43,437 nt of DNA from a virus (Duplodnaviria; Caudoviricetes): positions 1-43,437 of IMG/VR virus record IMGVR_UViG_3300024251_000016; one strand, 5' to 3'. Shown in pieces: positions 35,678 to 43,437 of the stretch. The notes under the pieces were generated by a model, which worked only from the letters and a program-made list of their open reading frames with translations, was not told the origin of the DNA and ran no database searches. Both the position numbers and the translations under genes were made by a program. Position 1 is the stretch's first letter, and each line of letters starts with the position of its first letter.

Positions 35678-37659
35678 GCCGCGTTCTTGGCCTTCTGCTT
35701 CGGCCTGGCGGCGATTTCCTTGCGCTTCATCTCATGGTCCGCCTTGCGGGTGATGTGCTGCTCACGCAATTCCGCCATGTCGAATGCGTGCTGCTGTCTG
35801 GCTTGATCCATTTGCAACCGAATCTTCTCGCGCTCGGCCTCGACCCGCATCATCTCGATCCGCATGTCGCTGGCGTGCTGCTCTCGTGCTGCCTGTTGGT
35901 CCTGCACGCGCGCCATGGCGTCCTGCTGCGCGTTGAATTTCTCAGCTTCGGACTGAACCTGAGCCTTCTGGACCTCGGCCTGACCCTTCTGCTGGGCCAC
36001 CTGGGCCTTGATCTGCTCGGCCTGCGTCTTTGGATCGGGCTGCTGAGATTGCTGCTGAAGCTTCTGCATCAGATTGGCCTTGAACGAGGCCGGCATCGGC
36101 ATGAACTCGAGTTTGATCTGCCACGGGATGGTCGGGTCGTCCTTGATCACCTCGTAAGCATCCTGCATGAGGTTCGCGGTGTCCGGGCCCTCGTCCATCA
36201 CGACATCGACATCGATCGCGCCGACCATGTTCTGAATGGCGGGCTGCCCCCACTGATCCATGGTGAGCGCGTTGATCTGCAAGAACTGAACCAACTCGTC
36301 ATTGCCGGCGTTCACCCGGATGTAGCGCTCGGATTTCCAGGTGTGCTGGATCGCGGACCACACGGCCCGATAGACCCTCATTTTCCAAGACTTGTAATTG
36401 CGAAGGAACGTACCGAGGTCTGCGGAGGCCGCCTTTTGAAGTCGATCGATTGCAACGCCGGAATGCTCACCTTGCTCCGCCGCCGTTACACGGTCGGGCA
36501 TAACATTTGCGAATCCCACGATCTTTTGCCGAGCATCCTGCATGAGGGCGAGGTGGGCCGATAGGTCTTCGTCCTTTTGCTTTTCAGCGGGCGGCTCGAA
36601 GCCCTTGTTGAACTCAATGACACCATCAGGCCGCGCTGCTTCACGCCGAGCCGTCTCCACATCGTCAACAGCGCCCTTTTCGACTGTAAGGCGCGTTGTA
36701 TTGCTGATGTGCAGCGCTTTCGAACGGCGCTGGTTAACTTCATCCTGGGGTCCCTTGAGGTTGCGGACGAATCCATATCTATCGCCGTCATGATCCACGG
36801 CCGCGGAAAACATGATAAAGCGATCCGTAGAGCGTTTCCGGTGGTCAACGAAGGGGGAGACGCCTTGGTCAAGCAGTAGGTTCGAAACGTAAAACGCCCA
36901 ATGCCATTTGCCGCGATTCTTGTACCAATGCTCGACCAGCCTAACCCTGTGCTCATTCGCATACACCCATTTGAACTCGCGATCCGCGTGCGTCGTCAGG
37001 TCGAACCCCGTTTCGACCATCAGGGATCGCAGCTCTTCCTCTTTGTCGGGGAATAGCTCGATTGCTGCTTCTTCGTGCAGCCATTTAGATATGCCCTTAT
37101 ATCTCGCATCGCTAAAATCAGGCTTGTAACTAGTAGGGTCATAAAAGAAGTCATCACCAAATACAAAGTCAGCAGATATGTCCGGGTCACCGTGGTCCCC
37201 CTCGATCAGCTTGAGTTCGATTCCCCCGATTCCTTCAGTGGCTGCCTGGCCAGCACAATAGCTATCAAGGAACGGCCACTCGCAGCCGTCCAGCACGGCC
37301 CGGATGCACTGTGTTGCAATCTCGGCACCGCTAGCATTCTTTGGATTGCGGGGATATGCTTTCGGGTCGGCTCGAAATCGCTGGGCGATCCATACCAGAT
37401 TGTCAATTTTTGTAGATATTTCATTGAACGTAATGATAGGCTGCCGGCGCTGGCGGAGAACGCGGATTTCCTCAGGCGTCCATTGACTCCCATGATAATA
37501 GTGTCGTGATAGCTTCTGCTCCTCATATTCCTGCACCTTCACGGTCAAATAGCCGATGTATTTCTCGCGCAAGCGCGACACCGGCAGAAAGCCCTGCTCG
37601 TCGCCGTCCCAGTCTTCTTGATCGGGGCTGATTTCGGAGAGGCGATTAGCTACGACCAT
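35674..37659 (-). CDS. Portal protein (P22-like)
   Basis: YYHGSQWT..RRQPIITFN, YGFVRNLKGPQDEVNQRRSK, SGVAI, Gln-rich barrel tail; ATG 37659. Confidence 0.9.
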   Translation of the reverse strand: MVVANRLSEISPDQEDWDGDEQGFLPVSRLREKYIGYLTVKVQEYEEQKLSRHYYHGSQWTPEEIRVLRQRRQPIITFNEISTKIDNLVWIAQRFRADPKAYPRNPKNASGAEIATQCIRAVLDGCEWPFLDSYCAGQAATEGIGGIELKLIEGDHGDPDISADFVFGDDFFYDPTSYKPDFSDARYKGISKWLHEEAAIELFPDKEEELRSLMVETGFDLTTHADREFKWVYANEHRVRLVEHWYKNRGKWHWAFYVSNLLLDQGVSPFVDHRKRSTDRFIMFSAAVDHDGDRYGFVRNLKGPQDEVNQRRSKALHISNTTRLTVEKGAVDDVETARREAARPDGVIEFNKGFEPPAEKQKDEDLSAHLALMQDARQKIVGFANVMPDRVTAAEQGEHSGVAIDRLQKAASADLGTFLRNYKSWKMRVYRAVWSAIQHTWKSERYIRVNAGNDELVQFLQINALTMDQWGQPAIQNMVGAIDVDVVMDEGPDTANLMQDAYEVIKDDPTIPWQIKLEFMPMPASFKANLMQKLQQQSQQPDPKTQAEQIKAQVAQQKGQAEVQKAQVQSEAEKFNAQQDAMARVQDQQAAREQHASDMRIEMMRVEAEREKIRLQMDQARQQHAFDMAELREQHITRKADHEMKRKEIAARPKQKAKNAA

Positions 37660-38303
37660 TGCATAAGCTCTTGCACCGGCTTCGGCCGCTCGATGAACAG
37701 GTCGGGCGCGTCGAGTGCCGCCTGGATGCGCCGGCACGCGATGTCGAAATACTTGGGCTCGATCTCGATCCCGATGAATCGCCGTCCCAGCTTCACTGCG
37801 GCTACGCCTGTGGTGCCGGAGCCCATGAAGGGGTCGAGGATGGTGCGGGCGTCGAGCAAATCTACGCACCACTTCATGAGATCAAGCGGTTTTTGCGTTG
37901 GATGCTCGCGAACGTAAGAGCCGCCAGTGGGCGCATCGAAGCGGCGCGCGGGCGAATCAATGTTCGTCCAAGCCAACTCCATATCGGCCTGCGTTGGGAC
38001 GGAGTTCGTTTTCGTCCACGCCAGCCAACACCGGCTCGGAGGCAGCGGGAAATAGTTTCCACCCCATATGATCGCCTCATCGGCACATGAAAGGATCACG
38101 CTCAAATCTGGAGCAACCATGTCCCATTCGTTGCCGCCAGAGAGTTGATTCCAGTGGCCCGTGTTGGCGCCGCCCTGCATGAGCCGGCCAATCCCATATG
38201 GCGGATCAGTCACCACCGCATCGACTCTCCCCAATGTCGGCAAGACTTCCCGGCAATCCCCACAGATCAGCCGAACGGAATCGGATAGGTGTTCCTCGCG
38301 CAT
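37650..38303 (-). CDS. DNA amino-methyltransferase (N6A/N4C, beta class)
   Basis: TDPPYG ... HPTQKP ... LDPFMGSGTTG. Confidence 0.92.
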   Translation of the reverse strand: MREEHLSDSVRLICGDCREVLPTLGRVDAVVTDPPYGIGRLMQGGANTGHWNQLSGGNEWDMVAPDLSVILSCADEAIIWGGNYFPLPPSRCWLAWTKTNSVPTQADMELAWTNIDSPARRFDAPTGGSYVREHPTQKPLDLMKWCVDLLDARTILDPFMGSGTTGVAAVKLGRRFIGIEIEPKYFDIACRRIQAALDAPDLFIERPKPVQELMQWS

Positions 38304-38680
38304 CAGATTTCAGCCGTCCGCCACTCATCGGCCTTGGCCGCTGCCACCTTCGGCGCAACCTCGTTGTGGTAGAACTCGGTTACGTCCTTCTGGAGCTGAT
38401 CGGCCGCCACGCCGAACATATCCTGCCCCTCGCAGTACATCATGAGGTTGGATGCCGCTTGGGCACCGACATAGAACGCGAACCGCAACGCGTCCCTGTG
38501 CGTGTCAGGCAGTCCAATATGTAGCCAATGGTCGGCGAAGTCCTGCCATGCCGCTTCCATATTGGCGAACACGTTCAGGTTTGGCGGAATGTCATCCTGC
38601 GTCAGGCCGGGGCTGGCCTGTGCCGCCATCAGGTCTTCGACTGTGGCTTCACGACTGCGCTTGCGCTTGGCTTCGCCCAT
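38303..38680 (-). CDS. Hypothetical protein
   Basis: MGEAKRKR...AFYVGA; coupled to MTase. Confidence 0.6.
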   Translation of the reverse strand: MGEAKRKRSREATVEDLMAAQASPGLTQDDIPPNLNVFANMEAAWQDFADHWLHIGLPDTHRDALRFAFYVGAQAASNLMMYCEGQDMFGVAADQLQKDVTEFYHNEVAPKVAAAKADEWRTAEI

Positions 38681-38703
38681 TAGTGTTCCGTTCCCATTAG
38701 TCC

Positions 38704-38946
38704 TCACATGCCATAATGATTGATCGGACGATCCATCAAAGGTTGGGGAGGCGTCGAGCCTTCGCCCGAAGCACCGCAATCCGGACACCACCATTTCCAC
38801 GATGACGAACCGTCGCTATTCGCGCTCCCCGTCCCATTCTTGCGGGGATGTTTACAGGAGCTGCGCCTCTCAATCACTCGCACACGCTCCGCCGCCTCAA
38901 GACCAGCCTTCACGGCCGCGGTGATTTCAGCATCGCTCGCCATCAT
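38704..38946 (-). CDS. Small Zn-ribbon-like protein
   Basis: CKH...WWCPDCG. Confidence 0.5.
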   Translation of the reverse strand: MMASDAEITAAVKAGLEAAERVRVIERRSSCKHPRKNGTGSANSDGSSSWKWWCPDCGASGEGSTPPQPLMDRPINHYGM

Positions 38947-38949
38947 CCC

Positions 38950-40410
38950 TCACAGCAGCTTCACGCTCGATTGCACGCCGTCCATGTCATCGCTGGGCAG
39001 CCGATAGGCATCCCTCACGGGATCGGGCGGATCGATGAACCGGCGCCAGGGCCGCGAGCTGCACGCATACCGCCAGTCGTCGGCCGCGTGGTCCTCGGAT
39101 TCAGTGTCTAAATCTTCCGGCTTGACCGGATCGTGCTGCAGGACGGGAATAGTGCGTATCGATGCGACACAAGTGTCGAAGCAATACACCATCGGTGTTC
39201 CGTTGCGCCCCATGATGCGCGCCCGCATCTGGTCCCAGCCGGACATCGGGCCTCGGCGATCCTTGCCGTCGCGTGCGTTAACGCGCGTATTGTCCGCCGG
39301 ACGGAACGCAGCAAGGCCACGATCGGTGAGCCTGCGGTTGAGCCGCTCGGCGACCGAGGGCCCGCCGTCCTCCTTGAATGTGCTGGGATCGAGCACGCCA
39401 TAGGCTAATCTCGGGTCGTCCGATTCCCGTCTAGCAATCCCATCGCCCACTTGTTCTGCAGTGAGTTTAAGGCCTTTACCACCTGCGCCCGGGTCTTCGC
39501 ATCCATACCATTCACGATAGCGGACAAGCGCGCCGCGTGGTAAATCACGGCCGCCATAGCTCTCGTCGTCTTGGACGACAGCCCACCATCCGATTGAGAA
39601 CGGTGAGAACGATCCCCAGTCTGCCGACCTGAACCTGATCCATTCTTTCGGGACTTGGAACGGCTCGATGATGTTTTTGTTCGACCAGCACTCGAAATAA
39701 GCGCCTTCGATCGCATTCCAGTCCCCCTCAAGCCAGGCGCGCACGAGTTCGGCGCTGCCAGACGCACGTAGCCGTTGGATGTAGTCCTGTCCAAGATAGG
39801 CGTTGTCGGTCACTCTCGAGGGGATGTAGATGCGCTCCAGCCCCGTCAGTGGATCGACGATGACCCTCCATCCACCAGGGGCAGGATCAATGTATCGACG
39901 CTTGACCCAGAGATGACCAGGACCACCGGGATTCCCGGTCGCTCTAAAACCCACAGGTACGCCAGCACCGCTGCGTAATGTGGCCATGAGCTTGAGGACT
40001 GGCCCTTCGGTGGGAAATGTTCCGATCTCCTCCACATACACCCTGGAGTAAGAATGTCCCTGATAGGCCTCTGCGTCGGCGTCTCGCTCAAGATAGGCAA
40101 ACCTCAGCCTCGCTCCGTTGGGGAATCGCCAGACCTTATCCTGTTCATGGAACTGACAGCCGAGAGGCCCATAGATAGCACGACTTCGTTCAATTGTTTC
40201 AATAAGCTGCGTGCGTTCTCGTCTGAACATAATACCGATAGCGTGCTCTCCGTAATTGGAGGCATGTCGGATGAACTCGCCCAGTGAACCGTCAGTTTTA
40301 CCACCGCCTCGCGCCCCACCATAGAAGACCTCGAAGATCGGGCAGTTGATGAGGCTGGTCTGCGGGCCTTCCTGGGCCCGCCAGACGCAGCTACGGACGG
40401 GCGCGTTCAT
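38950..40410 (-). CDS. terL: Terminase large subunit
   Basis: YGGARGGGKT Walker A, VYVEE Walker B, ATGNPGG, ADWG, EDHAADDWRY nuclease. Confidence 0.95.
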   Translation of the reverse strand: MNAPVRSCVWRAQEGPQTSLINCPIFEVFYGGARGGGKTDGSLGEFIRHASNYGEHAIGIMFRRERTQLIETIERSRAIYGPLGCQFHEQDKVWRFPNGARLRFAYLERDADAEAYQGHSYSRVYVEEIGTFPTEGPVLKLMATLRSGAGVPVGFRATGNPGGPGHLWVKRRYIDPAPGGWRVIVDPLTGLERIYIPSRVTDNAYLGQDYIQRLRASGSAELVRAWLEGDWNAIEGAYFECWSNKNIIEPFQVPKEWIRFRSADWGSFSPFSIGWWAVVQDDESYGGRDLPRGALVRYREWYGCEDPGAGGKGLKLTAEQVGDGIARRESDDPRLAYGVLDPSTFKEDGGPSVAERLNRRLTDRGLAAFRPADNTRVNARDGKDRRGPMSGWDQMRARIMGRNGTPMVYCFDTCVASIRTIPVLQHDPVKPEDLDTESEDHAADDWRYACSSRPWRRFIDPPDPVRDAYRLPSDDMDGVQSSVKLL

Positions 40411-40919
40411 CAGGCATGAGCAGGCTTCGGCGCGTCTGGTTTGGCAGGAACAGCCACCGTGGGCGCAGCTTTGCGATCAGCCGCCGCAGCAAGGCTGAAC
40501 GCGCGCCCTGCGTCCGACACGTCCGTTCCCGGCATGGTCTCGATTGCGGCAGCGAGTGCCTTGTCGGCCGATACCCAATGCGGCCGGTCCTGCACGTCCT
40601 TCGGAAGCGAGCGCACATAAGCGAGCGCCTCCTCAGCCGAGTAGACCAGCATCGTATGCCCATCGGGCTTCTTGAACATGATCTCGTCGGCGAAGTCGTG
40701 AGGCAGCACGACGGCCTTGTTGCCGGTCATGCCGTTGACGAGCGCCTGTAGCTCGCTGAGAGCCCATTGCGTGATAGGGGCGTTATGCCGGGCCTGCTCG
40801 GTAAAGTGCGTCAGGAGGGCCTGGGCGCGCTCGGCGGGGGTCAATTCCTTCGGGGGTGCCGGAGGCTTAGGTGGAACTGGCTTTGCGGCTGCCGCGGGAT
40901 GAGTTGCTGCTTCTGTCAT
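40410..40919 (-). CDS. Hypothetical protein
   Basis: GAGGAG RBS; coupled to terL. Confidence 0.65.
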   Translation of the reverse strand: MTEAATHPAAAAKPVPPKPPAPPKELTPAERAQALLTHFTEQARHNAPITQWALSELQALVNGMTGNKAVVLPHDFADEIMFKKPDGHTMLVYSAEEALAYVRSLPKDVQDRPHWVSADKALAAAIETMPGTDVSDAGRAFSLAAAADRKAAPTVAVPAKPDAPKPAHA

Positions 40920-41287
40920 GACTGACTCCTCTGATTGCGATAGTCTGCCGTGCTCATCCCGGCCTTTCGAGCGGCGCGCATGTCGCGCATGTACTGGCGC
41001 TGGTATTCGGTGCGGGCGAATCTTTGATTATTCTCCATTTCGAGAGCAACGAGTTCGCGAATACGTTGCAAAACATTGTGCGGCCCGGTGGGGTTACCAT
41101 CGACAATGCCGCCGGCTGTAGTAACGATTGCCTTGATTGCCGCCTCTGCCGCCTGTGCTCTAACCTCACAATTAAGAAAGGCGTTGGCCATCCAAGCATA
41201 ATGAGCCGCTGAAACATGCCGGCCGGATTGATCTCCGGCCGATATTTCTTTCAGCGTGCGCATCATAATCTCGCGGTCGCTACTCAC
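40916..41287 (-). CDS. Hypothetical protein with basic C-terminus
   Basis: RTEYQRQYMRDMRAARK. Confidence 0.6.
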   Translation of the reverse strand: MSSDREIMMRTLKEISAGDQSGRHVSAAHYAWMANAFLNCEVRAQAAEAAIKAIVTTAGGIVDGNPTGPHNVLQRIRELVALEMENNQRFARTEYQRQYMRDMRAARKAGMSTADYRNQRSQS

Positions 41288-41457
41288 GCCGAGAGCCTCT
41301 GTTGCAGATTTGCACGGTGACGGTAGTAAAACTCCAATAGCTTTTGCGTCTCAACAGGGCGCAGCTCCGGATTGCGAGGCTCTTCCTTATCGATGAAGCG
41401 GCTGCACTCTTCAATCGCTTCGATGACGCGGCGGGCTTGTTCGTTTGTCATGTCCAT
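41284..41457 (-). CDS. Small hypothetical protein
   Basis: CAGGAG RBS; 57 aa (manual translation), GTGA coupling. Confidence 0.55.
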   Translation of the reverse strand: MDMTNEQARRVIEAIEECSRFIDKEEPRNPELRPVETQKLLEFYYRHRANLQQRLSA

Positions 41458-41465
41458 CTCCTGTT

Positions 41466-41517
41466 TCGATGATGTTAGTCTAACACATCGAGGGGAGATG
41501 TCAACAGCAGTCTAACA
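41466..41517 (-). promoter_or_regulatory. Internal sigma70 promoter with operator-like repeats
   Basis: Minus strand TTGACA-16 nt-TAGACT with TG extension; TGTTAGACT twice; palindrome 41466-41491. Confidence 0.65.
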
Positions 41518-41528
41518 AATAATCCGCG

Positions 41529-41867
41529 TTAGTTTAACTTTTTATTCGGATCGGCCGGCTGATGCTCGATGACCTTGAGCTTCGATGGATCACCTCGAGT
41601 TGCCAGCCATTGAGCCTTCTCCATGACCTGCGGCACTTCGGCAAAGCGGTGGACAATATCGGCATCGACGCGCTGCTCGGGCTTGCCGTAGCCGCGGTCG
41701 AGGACATGAATCGACGCCATCAGGGCGACTTTCTCATCCTTGCTGTCGATCAGTTCGATGATCTTGCGCAGCGCGCGCTCGGAATTGTCCTTGGCGAGCT
41801 GCTTAATGCTCCAAGGAACCTTTGGCCTGCCTTTTGGATTTCCGCTCTCGCCTTTAACGAATGGCAT
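41529..41867 (-). CDS. terS: Terminase small subunit-like (DUF5681-type)
   Basis: MPFVKGESGNPKGRPK...VLDRGYGKP. Confidence 0.7.
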   Translation of the reverse strand: MPFVKGESGNPKGRPKVPWSIKQLAKDNSERALRKIIELIDSKDEKVALMASIHVLDRGYGKPEQRVDADIVHRFAEVPQVMEKAQWLATRGDPSKLKVIEHQPADPNKKLN

Positions 41868-41893
41868 TGTAATACCATTGAACTCGTTGGTAA

Positions 41894-42094
41894 TTATTTA
41901 CCACGCTCTTTTTGCATTGAAATGGTTATTTCCGTGTTTTTGTTAGAATTTACGCGTTCACAAATATCATCGTAAAGAACTTGTGCTTCGTATTCTCCAG
42001 CACACGCGATCTCGATCAAGACCACATTGAATTCCACGCTGAAAGACACTGTTCTGCCATCCAATTCTGTGTCATCCGCGTGTCTACCTTTCAT
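41894..42094 (-). CDS. Small hypothetical protein
   Basis: GAGG RBS; 66 aa. Confidence 0.5.
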   Translation of the reverse strand: MKGRHADDTELDGRTVSFSVEFNVVLIEIACAGEYEAQVLYDDICERVNSNKNTEITISMQKERGK

Positions 42095-42344
42095 TGGCCT
42101 CTGTTCGTCCGCCGCGGTGTTCTGATGCTTCCTTGGCTTTGCTCTCGGCGCGCTCGTGCTGGCGGTCTGAGATCATGCCGCGTTTGCGAAGCTTGTGGAC
42201 GCGGATGGGGAGCGCGGAGCGTTTCTTGCCGGTGTCGGCCTTGTTGAACTCGCGGCCTACGGATTGAGGCACGCCGCCATATCCGCCGGGCGAATGGGCC
42301 GCGGCGGCCATGAGCCGACTTTGCGCTTGACTGACGCTTGGCAT
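42084..42344 (-). CDS. Small basic phage protein
   Basis: MPSVSQAQSRLMAAAAH..GVPQSVGREF. Confidence 0.65.
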   Translation of the reverse strand: MPSVSQAQSRLMAAAAHSPGGYGGVPQSVGREFNKADTGKKRSALPIRVHKLRKRGMISDRQHERAESKAKEASEHRGGRTEANER

Positions 42345-42348
42345 GGGA

Positions 42349-42558
42349 TCACGGCGTATTTGTCAGAACGACGTTGGCGAGGACGAGGGCAGCGGCGAGG
42401 TCGGTGTTGAGGCTCGTGAGGGCCGCCTGCATGGCAGGCGTCACGGGGCTGTTCGCTCGCTGGGCACGCTGTGTCGAGCTGACAATTTCGCTGAGACTTG
42501 CTTGCAGCGCCGTGATTGCGGTTACGACTGCGGTGGCTTGGGGAACTGTGGCTGCCAT
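42349..42558 (-). CDS. Small helical hypothetical protein
   Basis: 69 aa, GGGG RBS. Confidence 0.5.
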   Translation of the reverse strand: MAATVPQATAVVTAITALQASLSEIVSSTQRAQRANSPVTPAMQAALTSLNTDLAAALVLANVVLTNTP

Positions 42559-42567
42559 GGGAACCCC

Positions 42568-42990
42568 CTATGCGGGCCGGCCGCCGAAATTGCCATACAT
42601 GGGCAGAGAGCGCTGCTTGGTCTTTGCCTTCATGCGGGTGTTGCCGGTCTTGGGGTTGCTCGATCTGACATTGCCGCCCGCGGGGAATTTTGGATTGACA
42701 TAATCGGATTGATTAATGGCGTTCACGCCCGGCTGGCCGCCATGGTTGACGCTGCCGCCTTTACTGACGCGGCCGTATTTGCCCTTTTTCTGCTGTGACT
42801 TATCGTTGATTTCGTTGACGGAATATCCTCGGGCTCCGACATGGGACTGATGGCCTTCGTCCTTGGTTTTCTGCTCGAACGGGGCCATTTTTGATTTCTG
42901 TGCGCGGGTGCCGCGGAGAACTTGCAGCTTGGCCATCTGCTTGTCGCTGATGCTTCCGGATGCGTGCAGGGATTTGGCGCTCAGGGGCAT
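42568..42990 (-). CDS. Basic K/G/S-rich protein, first late gene
   Basis: AGGA RBS; 140 aa. Confidence 0.6.
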   Translation of the reverse strand: MPLSAKSLHASGSISDKQMAKLQVLRGTRAQKSKMAPFEQKTKDEGHQSHVGARGYSVNEINDKSQQKKGKYGRVSKGGSVNHGGQPGVNAINQSDYVNPKFPAGGNVRSSNPKTGNTRMKAKTKQRSLPMYGNFGGRPA

Positions 42991-43149
42991 GTTAGTTTTC
43001 CTATTTTGGGCAAATCTCTGACCGGGCGAGGCGCGACGCCATCAGCCCAAGGCTGGAGAAGTCCATCCAGCGGCCGACTTGCTGACCCCGTGGGTGTTTC
43101 GCGCTTGCTTTGCGCTGCAAGATGCCTTCGCAGGAGTCGGCTGAATCCG

Positions 43150-43437
43150 TCATGCGCTTATTTTCTCCAATTTGTCAACGCCAACGGTGATCTTGTGAAC
43201 GAAATCAACGATGACCTCGATGCGATTTTTGGATTTGGCCGAGCGTATGCGCGCGATCAGCCCCGCAAACGGGCCGTGCAGAACCCGCACGTTCTCGCCG
43301 GTCACGAAGCCGCTCGGCGAGCGCGAGTGATCGAATGCGCCCATGTCCTGGGCTTGGCGGATGGCCTCGATCGCCCGATCCGGAACGCGGGCCAACCGCC
43401 CGCCCGGTCGCAGCACATCCACGACGCCATCGATCTC
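43150..43437 (-). CDS. NusG/RfaH-family antiterminator, 3' part (KOW domain)
   Basis: GENVRVLHGPFAGLIARI is a KOW motif; in frame with 1..334 across the origin. Confidence 0.88.
   Translation of the reverse strand, partial: EIDGVVDVLRPGGRLARVPDRAIEAIRQAQDMGAFDHSRSPSGFVTGENVRVLHGPFAGLIARIRSAKSKNRIEVIVDFVHKITVGVDKLEKISA
43311..43437. repeat. Terminal direct repeat copy 2
   Basis: Identical to 1-127. Confidence 0.95.

Larger units (their letters stand above)
1..43437. mobile_element. Complete temperate phage (P22-like podovirus architecture), probable alphaproteobacterial host
   Basis: Integrase, repressor/cro, terminase, portal, capsid, gp10-like and ejection genes; no tape measure or sheath; circular. 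Confidence 0.92.

Overview
The window is an apparently complete, circular temperate phage genome of 43,310 bp (bases 1-127 recur exactly at 43311-43437, an assembly overlap). The host is probably an alphaproteobacterium, likely Hyphomicrobiales, inferred from a GcrA homologue, an alpha-type SOS box and high GC. It has a lambdoid immunity region (cro/cI with matched TTGACA-operator-TAT(A/G)GT promoters). A + strand early arm carries Bet recombinase, HNH, a tRNA-like RNA, DUF5131, xis, a tyrosine integrase, an attP-like region and repeat-bounded gene cassettes. A - strand arm carries GcrA, a replication initiator, a C5-MTase-like protein and a NusG-family regulator across the origin, then TerS/TerL, an amino-MTase, P22-like portal, scaffold, capsid, gp4/gp10/gp26-like and ejection proteins, a tail fibre and small membrane genes, implying podovirus morphology. 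The most unusual signal: five late virion-type proteins (tail fibre, 904-aa beta-helix spike, decoration-like protein, two repeat proteins) carry Sec-type signal peptides ending before Gln and have even Cys counts, while no endolysin is recognisable. This suggests extracytoplasmic virion maturation or export. All product calls rest on motif recognition, not database searches.
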